A stretch of 64,000 nt of DNA from Octopus sinensis (GCF_006345805.1 NC_043000.1:41540001-41604000); one strand, 5' to 3'. Shown: positions 37,527 through 50,083, counted from the stretch's first letter. Translations and numbers: made by a program. The notes: a model not told the origin generated them from the letters alone.

Positions 37527-38090
37527 AATGCCCTAATGTAGTACCAGACAGTGGCTCTCATGGCTTCTGATCTTAACTGATTGGAAGTGTTATCATGTAC
37601 ATTGTTTTGTCTTTGTATAAAAGATGGGCTACAGCAAATATTCTGCTCAATACCAAAGATTTGCTTGTCAGTTGTTTGACCTTAACCAGTTGAGCATGTC
37701 TCTTAGTGGCTGACGATATGTGCATCTCTGATCACGAGCAGAAGTAATGGAGGAACATCATAGATGTGTGTTGAAAGGCACTCTTAGAGGTTTGGATAAT
37801 TCACTTATGGAAGGAAACATGGGTGGTTCGTTCAACATCCTTAAACAATCCTTATTCAGGGACCTTTTGAGCAGGATGGGCTACTGGAGCTGAAGAACAT
37901 TCTAACTGGGCCCCACCTGCAAGGTCATGCGCTGTTTATCTTGATATGAGATCACCATATCGCGCATATATGATTGTGATGCATGTGCCTGGTGTACCCT
38001 TACCAGACAGGTAGTCATGATGGGTATACTAGGCTTCATATATTATACCCCAGTGTCACTTTGATGGCATGCACTGCTTTTTCACTCAAT
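37527..38090 (+). mobile_element. Family D element
   Basis: atgccctaatgtagtacc...ttcactc(aat)n, after an (AAT)/(GAT)n tract. Confidence 0.88.
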
Positions 38091-38269
38091 AATGATAATA
38101 ATGATTTCATTTACTTGCCATGAGGGTGAAAGATGAGGAGAACAGTACAGAGACAAACATAGAGTTCATTATTATATTACATATTACATATAATAATGAA
38201 ATGATAAATAAATAAAAATTCATTAAAAAAGTGAAATAATTTTTTTTAATTAAAAAAAGTATACACTGT

Positions 38270-38450
38270 ATACACTGGAAAAGAGGAGACATATGTGTAG
38301 CATACAGAAGTACTAAAAGAAATGTTGAATCCAATTCCGAGAAATATGTCAGAGAAATTGGAAATGATATAAGGGTAGAGCATACCTTCCAAACCGCTGT
38401 ATTTGGGACAACTAGGAATTGGAGTTTGGCACTTGAGTATTGTGTGTCTT
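38270..38450 (+). mobile_element. R4/Dong-like C-terminal fragment
   Basis: NSEKYVREIGNDIRVEHTFQTAVFGTTRNWSLALE resembles the R4-type end ..LQKxALLGTARILRxVL. Confidence 0.55.
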
Positions 38451-39051
38451 GTACGAAACATAAAAAGAAGAGGATATATAGGATAATATGAACCTGGATT
38501 ATCTGCACATAGGAAAAGTAAACGTGCTGAATACGGCTGAAGAATCTTTGAACCTGTCAGAGTGGTGTGTAGCTGATCTAAGTTTAAACAACATCAAGAG
38601 CAAGAACAGCTGTATCATGTTATGATGATGATGACCCTGTTGATAATTTTATTGGCTAAGAAATGTGCTGTCCTCGATCTGTGCTTACTATTCATGCTAT
38701 CTAATGAAAATGATATGACGTGTACGCCATTCGACCGAAAACAGGTTTCATTTTCTATGACATGCGTCCATGACTGTGTACCTGTTCTCGTGGCTCTAGT
38801 GCGTCATATACGGTTTGTAAGTGTTGTGGTTGCTTAAGTATGTATGTATGTATGTATGTATGTATGTATGTGTATATATAATGCAATCGCAATGTATGTG
38901 TATATGTACATATGTATAAATATACATGTATATGTATGTATATATATTATATATATATATATATATATACATATATATACACACATGTATACATATGTAA
39001 ATTATACGCTAACACGCACATACACACGCATCTATGTATATATAAATATAT

Positions 39052-39083
<32 letters not shown>

Positions 39084-39519
39084 GTCTTCTGTATGATAGG
39101 CATACGCGCTGGCACGTGTATTTGTTTGTGTGTGTTTGTTTGTGTGTGTGTGTGTGTGTGTTTTAATGATTTGTCATAGATATCCTTGGTGTTAGTGCTG
39201 CTGAAAATGTATGAATGTACGTATGTATAATTATATATTCATACGCACATCTGTGTATATATGTGTGCGTTTGTGTATGTTTGGGTTGTATTTTAAGGCA
39301 ATCCTTAAAACTGGTGTATGGTGTTAGACAGACCTGGTGTTAAGTTTTTTGTAAAATATACTTATAATAGAAAGACGATTGTTAGACAAAAGGTTAATTG
39401 TCCATTCACCCAATTATATTTTAGTTTTACTTCTTGTTGTCGCCGCGTTCATTGTATTGTTAATTTGGCGAAGGTAATAGAAGTATCTTTGACATGTATT
39501 ATTTAGTTCAATTTCTGCT

Positions 39520-40055
39520 GAAGTCGTTTTGAGTTCAAATTCCGCCGAGATCGACTTTCTCTTTCATCCTTTCCGGATCGGACCAGTTAAGTACTTGGGT
39601 CGATGTAATCGACTAACCAAAATTTCGGGCCTTGTGCCTAGCTAAAGTAAAAAGGCTTATTAGAGACGACGTGCTGGTAGAATTGTAAACACGTCGGGCG
39701 AAATACTTAGCTACTTTTCGCGCGGCACTTAACGTTGCGCGTTCAAATGCTTTTCGAGCACTGGCGTAAATGTATTCGGCTTACCCCACTTCCCTCCAAA
39801 TTTCAGGCCGTAGTGGAAAGAAGTAAAAAGAATCATCAATATGCAAGGTGGCGAACTGGTAGAATCGTTAGCACGCCAGGCAAAGTTGTTAGCGGCATTT
39901 CATCCGACTTAATGTCCTGAGTTCAAATGCCGCTGGGATCGAATTTGCCTTTCATTCTTTCGGGATCGATAAAATGAGTGCTGTGGTCGATGTAATGAAC
40001 TTACCCGTCCCCTTAAAAGTTGCTGGGTCTGTGCCAAACTTTGAAGCCATTATTT
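39520..40055 (+). mobile_element. Three adjacent SINE family B-related copies or fragments
   Basis: Repeated tgagttcaaat..tttcatcc..gtcgatgtaat..aaatttc modules at ~39520, ~39665 and ~39845. Confidence 0.75.
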
Positions 40056-40249
40056 GGCGCCTGACACCCAGAGCGTCGTCAGGCGCTCACAATCCTCTGC
40101 CAGTTAGGCAATGCGGTCGCTGGAAGTTCCACTCTCGTGTTCTTTAGAGGGTTAGTGGTGGGCATGTGTGACTAACATCTCGGGGAAACTCTGGGCGTTG
40201 ATGAGAAATAATTGGTTAGTCTGTTCCGGAGGACTGCCAGGCTGGGGCC

Positions 40250-41420
40250 TATGAATAATTACCAGAAACTTTTCGCCTAGTAACGCAATCAGTGGTGGAG
40301 TATTGTCAGTTCGGAATAAACTCTGCCGTCGGTCGGGCTAGACCGAGATGCATGCAGAGTGTCGAAACTGTTCTGCAATTTCCCGAGCATTACTGACCCG
40401 TGGGTTTATGTCAAACATCTGCTGTCATATGTATTGGGATGGTGCCTTCAATTGTCAAGCACTTTTATAAGTATTCTAGCACTTCCAAGGAGTGCTATTT
40501 TCTGTAAGCGCTCCATCCTGATGGTATTCCCGATTTTTTAAAATATAGTTTACAGTTCTAGTGTTCACATTACCAAGTGCCCCAACAACAACTGGGACCA
40601 CCTCAACCTTTTTCATTACCCACCAACATTTTTAACGCCCAAGCTAGTTGTTTATATCACTCAATGTTCCCCAATTCTCTGTCATAAACCTTATTATCAG
40701 CTGAACAAGCCATATCTAGAATCATACACTGTTTGTTGATTTTGTTAATCCCCATAGTATCTGTTTTGCAGTATTCAAATTCACGATTACATTGCTCCAT
40801 TAATTCCCATCAAATCGTAGCATAGACATTTCCTACAACGCCTTCTTGTTGCTACTCATACCAGTGGCTTGCTCCTTCAAATCCGTATTTTCCGCATAAC
40901 TATCAATGAAGGATTTTCGTTGTGTTATCATGGATCGCTTGTATTCCTTCAGTGTCAGTTTTGTGCACTGTCTGTTGATATATGACACACAATTCCTCCC
41001 CGTTCTCTGTACATTCTACACCTTTCTGTTGCATATTATGCTTAACATAATTTGTCCTCAAGTGCTCCTGTACAGCACAAATTAAAGCTTCTGTTTCTGG
41101 TTTAAGATCACTTATCCGTAACCATAGTCAACTTTTCTCCAAATTAGTTTTGGTTTTTGTGTCCCTGTAAATTTTCCCGTGCATCCTCATTTTTTGTTTC
41201 AATCTTCTTTCGGTTTCAGTCTACTTCTCCTTCTTATATTCAGACTTACCTTCTCAATCTCCAATTTTTAACCAATTTTACTTGTTTCTACTTCTAGCAA
41301 CAATCATTCAGTGTCATTGTTTATGTATCAATCTATGCTGTTCTCTTCTGCTCTCACACATCCTTCACAACTGTTGAGTCCACTCCCTCCATTCTTTCTT
41401 TACATATCATCTGTCAACAT
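40250..41420 (-). mobile_element. R4/Dong-like LINE 3' relic
   Basis: SDLKPETEALICAVQE..RTNYVKH; CRMY..GIVCHII..C..L..KEYKR; GASHWYE; MKKVEVVPVVVGALG; MERLQKIALLGSARILIKVLDN*. Confidence 0.8.
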
Positions 41421-41633
41421 CACTCCTTAAATGAAAGGTACCGTCCTTTTTTTTGCTTTGTTATCTTCCTATACTATTTATACTTCTCTTCTTTCTTGTA
41501 TACCGTGTATACCTACTCCCTTGTCTATATCATTTCATTAAATGTAAACCTCAACACATTATACCTGTCTTTGCATTATCCTCTCATCTTTCGCTCTGGT
41601 TGCACATAAAAGAAATCATCATCATCATCATCA

Positions 41634-41682
<49 letters not shown>

Positions 41683-41685
41683 CAT

Positions 41686-42213
41686 TGAGTGAAAGAGCAG
41701 CGCATGCCATCAAAACGACACTGGGGTAAATTATACGAAGCCCAGTATACCCATCTTGACTATCTGTCTAATAAGAGTACACCAGGCACGTGCATCACAA
41801 TCATGTGCACGCGACATGGTGATCTCATATCAAGATAAAAGCGCATGAACTTGTAGGTGGGGCCCAGTTAGAATTTTCTTCAGCTCGAGTAGCCCATCCC
41901 ACTCAAAAGGTCCCTGAATAAGAGTTGTTTCCAGAGGTGAATTATTCAAACTCCATAGTATTCCTCTCAGCACATGGCTATGATGCTTTCCCACTACTTC
42001 TGCTCGTGATCAGAGATGCACATATCGTCAATCACTAAGGTACATGCTCAACTGGTTAAGGTCAAACAAGTGACAAGCAAATCTGTTGTATCGAGCAGAA
42101 TATTTGCTGTAGCCCATCTTTTATACTAAGACAAAACAATGTACATGATACATTTCCAGTCAGTTAAGATCAGAAGCCACGAGAGCCACTGTCTGGTACT
42201 GCATCAGGGCATT
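41686..42213 (-). mobile_element. Family D element
   Basis: Reverse complement of the copy at 35798; the 5' end ..ggtactgcatcagggcat abuts (TTA)n. Confidence 0.9.
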
Positions 42214-42239
42214 TTTATTATTATTATTATTATTATTAT

Positions 42240-42772
42240 TGAGTGAGAGAGCAGTTCATGCCATCAAAGTGACACTGGGGTAAAATATACGAAGCCCAAT
42301 ATACCCATCATGACTACCCGTCTGATAAAGGTACACCAGGCACATGCATCACATCCATATGTGCGCGACATGGTGATCTCATATCAAGATAAACAGCACA
42401 TGACCTTGCAGGTGGGGCCCAGTTAGAATTTTATTCAGGTTGAGTAACCCATCCCGCTCAAAAGGTCCCTGAATAAGGATTGTTTAAGGACGTTGAACGA
42501 AACACCTATGTTTCCAGAGGTGAATTATTCAAACCCCAAAGAATCCTTCTCAACACATGGCTATGATGCTCCCCCACTACTTCTGCTCGTGATCAGAGAT
42601 GCACATATCGTCAGCCACTAAGGGACATGCTCAACTGGTTAAGGTCAAACAACTGACAAGCAAATCTGTGGTATTGAGCAGAATATTTGCTGTAGCCCAT
42701 CTTTTATACCAAGACAAAACAATGTACATGATAACACTTCCAATCAGTTAAGATCAGAAGCCATGAGAGCCA
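42240..42772 (-). mobile_element. Family D element (young), 5' end replaced by a tandem array
   Basis: ttgagtgagagagcag...cagttaagatcagaagccatgagagcc. Confidence 0.92.
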
Positions 42773-43276
42773 TTATCAGAAGTCATGAGAGCCAAGATCA
42801 GAAGCCATGAGAGCCAAGATCAGAAGCCATGAGAGCCAAGATCAGAAGCCATGAGTGCCAAGATCAGAAGCCATGAGAGCCAAGTTCAGAAGCCATGAGA
42901 GCCATTATCAGAAGCCATGAGAGCCAAGATCAGAAGCCATGAGAGCCAAGATCAGAAGCCATGAGAGCCAGATCAGAAGCCATGAGAGCCAAGATCAGAA
43001 GCCATGAGAGCCAAGATCAGAAGCCATGAGAGCCAAGATCAGAAGCCATGAGAGCCAAGATCAGAAGCCATGAGAGCCAAGACCAGAAGCCATGAGAGCC
43101 ATGATCAAAAGCCATAAGAGCCATTAGATCAGAAGCCATGAGAGCCAAGATCAGAAGCCATGAGAGCCATTAGATCAGAAGCCATGAGAGCCATTATCAG
43201 AAGCCATGAGAGCCAGATCAGAAGCCATGAGAGCCAAGATCAGAAGCCATGAGAGCCAGATCAGAAGCCATGGCCT
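42750..43276. repeat. ~24 copies of a 21-24 bp unit, gatcagaagccatgagagcc+linker
   Basis: The unit equals the 5'-proximal segment of family D; junction bases vary (aa, a, att, at, atta). Confidence 0.95.
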
Positions 43277-43348
43277 TTTTATTATTATTATTATATTATT
43301 ATATTATTATATTATATTATTATTATATTATTATTATTATTATTATTA

Positions 43349-43418
<70 letters not shown>

Positions 43419-43427
43419 TATGGGTTT

Positions 43428-43496
43428 TTCTTCTTCTTTCAAATTTGCTTCCATTTCTTGCCGAGTGTCTTCCCGACTCCTAGGGCAAAGAAACTC
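43428..43496 (-). mobile_element. 69-bp 3'-tail-only copy of the 18699 LINE inside (TTA)n
   Basis: ttcttctttcaaatttgcttccatttcttgccgagtgtcttcccgactcctagggcaaagaaactc is nearly identical to 18704-18770. Confidence 0.9.
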
Positions 43497-44057
43497 ATTA
43501 TTATTATTATTATTATTATTATCATTATTATTATTATTATTATTAAGGCACTGTGTCGGCTGAATCGTTTGCAGGAGCAACGTCCCTTCCAAGAAACGTG
43601 GCGGCAACAAAAACAGCAGCAACGAGAAACACAACAGCAGCAACATGACTAACCAAAATAACAAAACTGCCACGGGGTTACCTCAGAATTAAACAGTCAT
43701 AGCAGCACTCTTACTACAAAAACCAATACCATCACCCCACTACCACTACCAGCGCTTTTACTACAATAGCAGACAGTTCGGCCTTTTTGACGAAAACCAG
43801 AACTTCCCCTGCAGCAGACAGATCCATCACTGCTGAGGGTAACAGCAGCAATATCGAAGATAGTAAAGTGCGTTGCCATGTCATGTGACCAACAGGACCC
43901 TTTGCTAAGGTTTCTTGAATCACGGAAGGACTTTTGCTGCAGAGGGAAGTAACTAAAGAGGCAAAACTAACCATTAGGGGAAATGAAAGAAAAGTTAACC
44001 CAGCGCAACCCAGCTATATCATCAAGCAAGAAATTAAAAGATATAAAATGACTTACC

Positions 44058-44290
44058 TATTTCATTATTACCCACAAGGGGCTAAACATAGATGGGACAA
44101 ACAAGGACAGACATAGGTATTAAGTCGATTACATCGACCCCAGTGCGTAACTGGTACTTAATTTATCGACCCCGAAAGGATGAAAGGCAAAGTCGACCTC
44201 GGCGGAATTTGAACTCACAACGTAGCGGCAGACGAAATACCGCTAAGCATTTCGTCCGGCGCGCTAACGTTTCTGCCAGCTCACCGCCCT
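44058..44290 (-). mobile_element. SINE family B, full length, TSD
   Basis: TSD atata(a)aatgacttacc at 44041-44057 and 44292-44307. Confidence 0.95.
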
Positions 44291-44399
44291 TATATAAATG
44301 ACTTACCGTTGCACTGTCGTGAAGAGTGACGGACCAACTCAAGTGTAGACAGAAAAGTGCTTTCAGCCGATTTGAAAACAAAATACGTTCATCATGCGA

Positions 44400-45000
44400 G
44401 GAAATTTCGAACAATCGATGTCTGAATTCGATTTGAGGAAGCGCTCCACAGCCTCAGTTAAATATGCTGCATTCATCTTCATCCCAGTCACTTGTCGGTA
44501 AGTCAGATGCGAAATGGAGGATAGTGGATGTGCCGCTGGAAATGGATGTCATGCGATTGGTTGCAGCTGCCTTTCCTTGAGGCGGTGATGAGTCATTCTG
44601 AAAAGTTTACAGGTCGAATATAGGTATGCAGCGATTGAATTCTATGAATCAAGAGAAGCTCGAAGCCAACCGATCTTAGTGAGTTGCCAAATAGTACCAA
44701 ATTGTTAGTGAGGATAACGGGCGAAAGGCCAAGGTGTGATATATGTGCTATTACGAACTATCTAAGGGAATTTTACGCACAGCAGAAAGCAAACTAAAGA
44801 AAGGCCCCGCTAATACGAATGCCACAAACTCAAAGAATGCCACAAACTCAAAGAAAAAGAGAAAAACGGCTACTAAGAGAGCAGCAACAACAGAAATATG
44901 ACAACAACGACAATATAATCACCACCAAACTCCGCCAAAAATCCCTTCCAATAGTTTTATATATACATAATATTTATAAACAAACCAGAAACGCCTTGTA
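44400..45000 (+). pseudogene. Possible LINE ORF1 relic with degenerate zinc knuckle
   Basis: VEYRYAAIEF.. and LLVRITGERPRCDICAITNYL (44702-44764), then a low-complexity Lys/Thr/Asn tail. Confidence 0.3.
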
Positions 45001-45058
45001 AGTTACGGAGAGAAAGTTACTATGGAAGACTCATAGTATAATAATAACTGTATAATAA

Positions 45059-45260
45059 TATATCATAATGATATATATTCTCCGATTTGAAGCGACAATT
45101 TTTATATACAAACAAATGACTAAAAAATGATGAAATAACCCTACCCAGAATCGAGCCCACAGATCCATGCTAACATGGCATCCATGCACACCATTTTTCG
45201 TCCTTTGTATTTTTAAAAAATTGTCGCTTCAAATCGGAGAATATATATTATTATGATATA
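45059..45260. mobile_element. MITE-like fold-back, 43-bp arms (1 mismatch), TA ends
   Basis: tatcataatgatatatattctccgatttgaagcgacaattttt (45061-45103) versus 45216-45258. Confidence 0.75.
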
Positions 45261-46564
45261 CATATATATAAACAGATACAGAGACACAAGCAGAGACAAC
45301 GCTCCCCTTCACCTCCTTAGGATTTTCTGCCTCTGAAATTTCATGGTACACGAAGAGAAAATTGGAAGAAGCATGCTCCAACCAAAAATCCATGAAGTGT
45401 GTAGTGGCGATAAACCCAACTTCTCATACAGTTATATTCCTATGCTATCTTTCCTAATCACAGCAAGTGCAGCCAATTTACCAACAGCAGTGTAAAAAAT
45501 AGGAAAACACAGATACAACATTCACACAAAAAACACAAACAAGCAATAGCAACAGGAAAACATACAAACACACCACCAAACGCATGAAGTGAAAGAAGAG
45601 CTACAAAAGCATCCACCAGTATATTTCGCTCTGGTAAGCAAAAACAATAAGGCCAAATAAATGTACATAATAAGCAATTGAGAATTTACATAATGCAACT
45701 CAACACAGAAACGGAGTGGGAGGACATTGAGATTTCCATCAAACATCACGCAAACGATATCTTTATAAAAATGTCCCCTGATTTATTCAAGAAAATAAAA
45801 GTGATGTTCCCAAATGACGCAGGATCATGTAAATTAAATATTTTCTTCTATAAGCAGAAGGGATGGAATTTGCAAGGAGTGGGTAGTCGAACACTGTAAA
45901 ATAATACCAGACAAAAGACATCAGGAGGTGCCCTTCAAGAAGCACAGCCTACTAGGAAGAAAGATGATCCGTCATTCCACAATTCCCAAATAGTTGGCAC
46001 TCCGAATGTGACAATACTGGCTCATTGAACTACAGGTACAACTTGCACGTTAATTTCACGTGCAGGCCGCTCCGTTAATTAAACCAACCGGAGCACTCGT
46101 AATAAACAGAGTTCTCAGCCAGGATAGGTGACTTCTCCCACCTTTCTTTTTCAGATAACAACGTCAGGGTTGGTTAATCAAATGTGCGTGCCTTGGAGGT
46201 CACCAGCTGAAGGACTTCAGGTCACAAGATATAGATATGACAAGAGGCAGCGACACCACGCTGGTGCCTTTCCTTAACAATTATGAAATATACATATACT
46301 CTGTTGGCCTAAATCAGGAGAAGAAACGGCAGTATTATTCCGGAAATATTTGAATAGCGAAGTATAGACGACATTCTGAATGTTCGATTGATGGTCTTCA
46401 TGGTACTGCAGTGAATATGTTGCTTTCAGACTATTAACTCTGTATGTCCCGACAGGGGCAGCACGACCGCATTTCGTCAATTATCTAGTAGATTTTAAAA
46501 AAGAACTTCCTGCCTTTTATTATTAATGGGCCACTGGAACAGTGTCTTCAATATACAATGTAAA

Positions 46565-46611
<47 letters not shown>

Positions 46612-46612
46612 G

Positions 46613-46707
<95 letters not shown>

Positions 46708-46819
46708 GATAGATATATATATATGTGTGTGTATGTGTGTGTTGTGTGTGTGTGCTTGTGTGTATGTTTGTATGTTTGTGTGCGTGTGTGATTGTGTGTA
46801 TGTATGTGTTCATTTTTAT

Positions 46820-47035
46820 TTTTATTTATAATGGTTTCAAATTTTGGCACAAGGCCAGCAAATTCGGATGAGGGAGTAAGCTGATTACACCAAGCCCAGT
46901 GATGAACTGATATTTAATTTTCAATCCCGAAGGGATGAAAGGCGAAGTCCACCTCACCGGAATTTGAACTCAAAACGTAAAGACACGAAAGGTCGCTAAG
47001 CATTTGCTAACGATTTTGCCAGCTCACTGCCTTAA
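46820..47035 (-). mobile_element. SINE family B-related
   Basis: tttcaaattttggcacaaggccagc..gaatttgaactc..ctaacgattttgccagctcactgcct. Confidence 0.85.
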
Positions 47036-47125
47036 ATGTTTAGTTATCATTAAAAAAAAATTCTATCTGAGGGTTACTCTATGTTTTTGTAGAGTACAGG
47101 TAAATTTATACAAGAGAAGGTTTTT

Positions 47126-47172
47126 GACAATAACTTCAGTGTTTCGGCCAGTTAAGACATCATCGGACTGCC
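47126..47172 (-). ncRNA. Type I hammerhead ribozyme (U4C variant) next to (TA)n
   Basis: Minus strand GGCAGT-CCGATGA-TGTCTTAACTGGCC-GAAAC-ACTGAA-GTT-ATTGTC; stem I is 6 bp including G-U pairs. Confidence 0.55.
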
Positions 47173-47182
47173 GACGATGGCG

Positions 47183-47268
<86 letters not shown>

Positions 47269-47531
47269 ATATATACAGACATGCACACCGACATACATTC
47301 ATGCATACAATAAACACATAACCAATTACGTAAATATACACATCCATATTAACACACATATCATGCATTCAAACATATTAGATAACATGAATGGGTGTAG
47401 GAGGATGTGAAATGTGAATGACTGTAGGTATATTTCAACTCATTCATGTTATCGAATGCAGATATTTGAAATAGATATGGGGATATTTGAATCGCCCAGA
47501 ATCCTAAGTGCTAGTAATGATAACAACAGCA

Positions 47532-47608
<77 letters not shown>

Positions 47609-47643
47609 GTAATAATGATAATAATAATAATAAAATGATAATA

Positions 47644-47678
<35 letters not shown>

Positions 47679-48179
47679 AATTATAATAATAACAATAATG
47701 ATAATAATAATAATAATGCTTTTGTTTTGATTAAATTCTTGTTTGTTTTGTTTGTATTATCTCCTGTGCCCCCTTTTCCTTGCATCCCACCCACCTTGTT
47801 TTCTTACTGGCGACACACTTCAACATTTGCTGAAGATAATTTATGTACGTCTGCTCGTCTGCCGGCCATCAAGATTGAGTGAATGTACTGTGTGTTTGCT
47901 TGCTTGTTTGAAGAGCGATCGATAAGAAAGCGCGGGTTTATATTATATTAGACCAAGTGTTCTCAACCATTTTTTTTTATCAATGGACCTCTTTGATTAC
48001 TACTTTAATCTGGTGGGCACCTATTGCCATTCGATACTTAAAAAAGTAGTTTCATAGAAACTTCTTTCAAAATTCCAATCTTGTTTTTCACACATTAACT
48101 TGTGTAGGTAAAACTATGTAAAGTTTTAGAGAAAGAAACTTAACTATTTCTTGCAATACATACCAATACATACATAGGC

Positions 48180-48573
48180 GCAGGAGTGGCTGTGTGGTAA
48201 GTAGCTTGCTAACCAACCACATGGTTCCGGGTTCAGTCCCACTGCGTGGCACCTTGGGCAAGTGTCTTCTACTATAGCCTCGGGCCGACCAAAGCCTTGT
48301 GAGTGGATTTGGTAGACGGAAACTGAAAGAAGCCCGTCGTATATATATATATGCATGTGTGTGTTTGTGTATCTGTGTTTGTCCCCCTAGCATTGCTTGA
48401 CAACCGATGCTGGTGTGTTTATGTCCCCGTTACTTAGCGGTTCGGCAAAAGAGACCGATAGAATAAGTACTGGGCTTACAAAAGAATAAGTCCCTTGGTC
48501 GAGTTGCTCGATTAAAGGCGGTGCTCCAGCATGGCCGCAGTCAAATGACTGAAACAAGTAAAAGAGTAAAGAG
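48180..48573 (+). mobile_element. SINE family A, young full-length copy
   Basis: gcaggagtggctgtgtggtaag...aaagagtaaagag. Confidence 0.95.
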
Positions 48574-49005
48574 TATACATCTAAATTTTTTTCAGGGGCA
48601 CTTAAAATTCTATTGTGGATCCCCGATTTACTATTTAGTTGCATGGACCTCCTAAAAATCTTACATAGACCTTCAGGGGCTATATGCACTCCAGTTTAAA
48701 ATCACTGTATTAGACTATGATGATTCTCTTGATGATATTATTGCTGTTTGTTTGTTTGTTTGTTTGTTGAGCGAAGCGGTCTTCGTCCCAGTGTAGTGGG
48801 AGAAGTCCGAAACGTGGCCCTTTGCAATTCATAAGACCCGCAGAAGAGAAAGCAGGTCAACCCCCGACACCGAGAGCATCGACGGATGGATGAATGCGCA
48901 TCCAGTCTCTGCGATTGCGCAGGAAGTCGGGGATGTTGTTGCTGCCGGTGGAGAGGTGGAGCTCTTAGTGCTGCTGATATATCAGAAATAATAAGATTAT
49001 TGTAA

Positions 49006-49038
<33 letters not shown>

Positions 49039-49057
49039 GTGTGTGTGTGTGTGTGTG

Positions 49058-49088
<31 letters not shown>

Positions 49089-49194
49089 GTGTGTGCAACT
49101 TTGAAACGCATGATCTTGAAGAGTAGAGTGGACCATATAATCATAAAACATTCAATGAATAGTTAGAAATATACAAGAATATTCAGATACGTAA

Positions 49195-49592
49195 CAATGA
49201 TTTCAAATTTTGGCACATAGCCAGCAAATTTGTGGGAAGGGGATAAATCAAATACATCGACCTCAGTACTCAACAGGTGCTTATTTTATCGACACCAAAA
49301 GGATGTCAGGCTGGACGAAATGCTGCTAAGCCCGACCTGCTAACGATTCTGCCAGTTCGTCGAGTTTTTCAGATATATAATCTTTTCTACTCTAGCCACA
49401 AGGCCCGAAATTTTTTGGGAGTGGGGTCCAGTCGATTAGATCACAGTATGCAACTGGTACTTAATTTATCGACCCGGAAAGGATGAAAGGCAAAGTCGAC
49501 CTCAGCAGAATTTGAACTCAGAACGTAAAGGCAGACGAAATACCGCTTAGCATTTCGCCTTGCTTGCTAACGTTTCCGCCAGCTCGCCGCCG
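49195..49592 (-). mobile_element. Two adjacent SINE family B variants
   Basis: Copies at ~49195-49350 (deleted) and ~49380-49592. Confidence 0.85.
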
Positions 49593-49686
49593 TATTCAGA
49601 TATATAATAATGTGTGCACATACACTTCACACGTACAACAGATACATACACATATTTGTATGCATGCGAAAAACTAATGCATGTAA

Positions 49687-49715
<29 letters not shown>

Positions 49716-49717
<2 letters not shown>

Positions 49718-49921
49718 CGAAGGTGAGCTAAAAAGTTCCTGGCTTTGGAGAAAGAAAATACAGGAGGATCAGTTAATTATGATTTTATTCAACATATTCC
49801 TCTCTCAGATTCACACACTTATTGTAGCGATACTTCAGTTTTTCTAAGCCCTATAAAAGTACTCGGAATACTGGGTTTCCAGCCAAGCCTTAAAGCCAGG
49901 AACTTTCACTAACCCCTCGTT
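49716..49921. mobile_element. Mariner-type MITE in (TATG)n
   Basis: TAcgaaggtgagctaaaaagttcctggcttt ... aaagccaggaactttcactaacccctcgt (~30-bp TIRs). Confidence 0.75.
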
Positions 49922-50047
49922 TGTATGTATGTATGTATGTATGTATGTAGTGAAAATTACAAAAAGAAAGCAAAAAAACAAAAAACGAAAACGGGTGTGT
50001 AAATAACAAACAGATGTATTAGTTTAACGCTCGGGAAGTGAGAAAGT

Positions 50048-50083
50048 CTTTTACGTTTCGAGCCTACGCTCTTAGACAGAAAG
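50048..50083 (-). ncRNA. Degenerate minimal hammerhead of the same family as 156-190
   Basis: CTTT-ctgtcta-A-GAGC(gtag)GCTC-GAAA-CGTA-AAAG. Stems are intact but the core is mutated, so it is probably inactive. Confidence 0.45.

Noticed and set aside
42750-43276. CRISPR-like array
   Set aside because: No unique spacers, eukaryotic context, and the unit derives from the adjacent retro-element.
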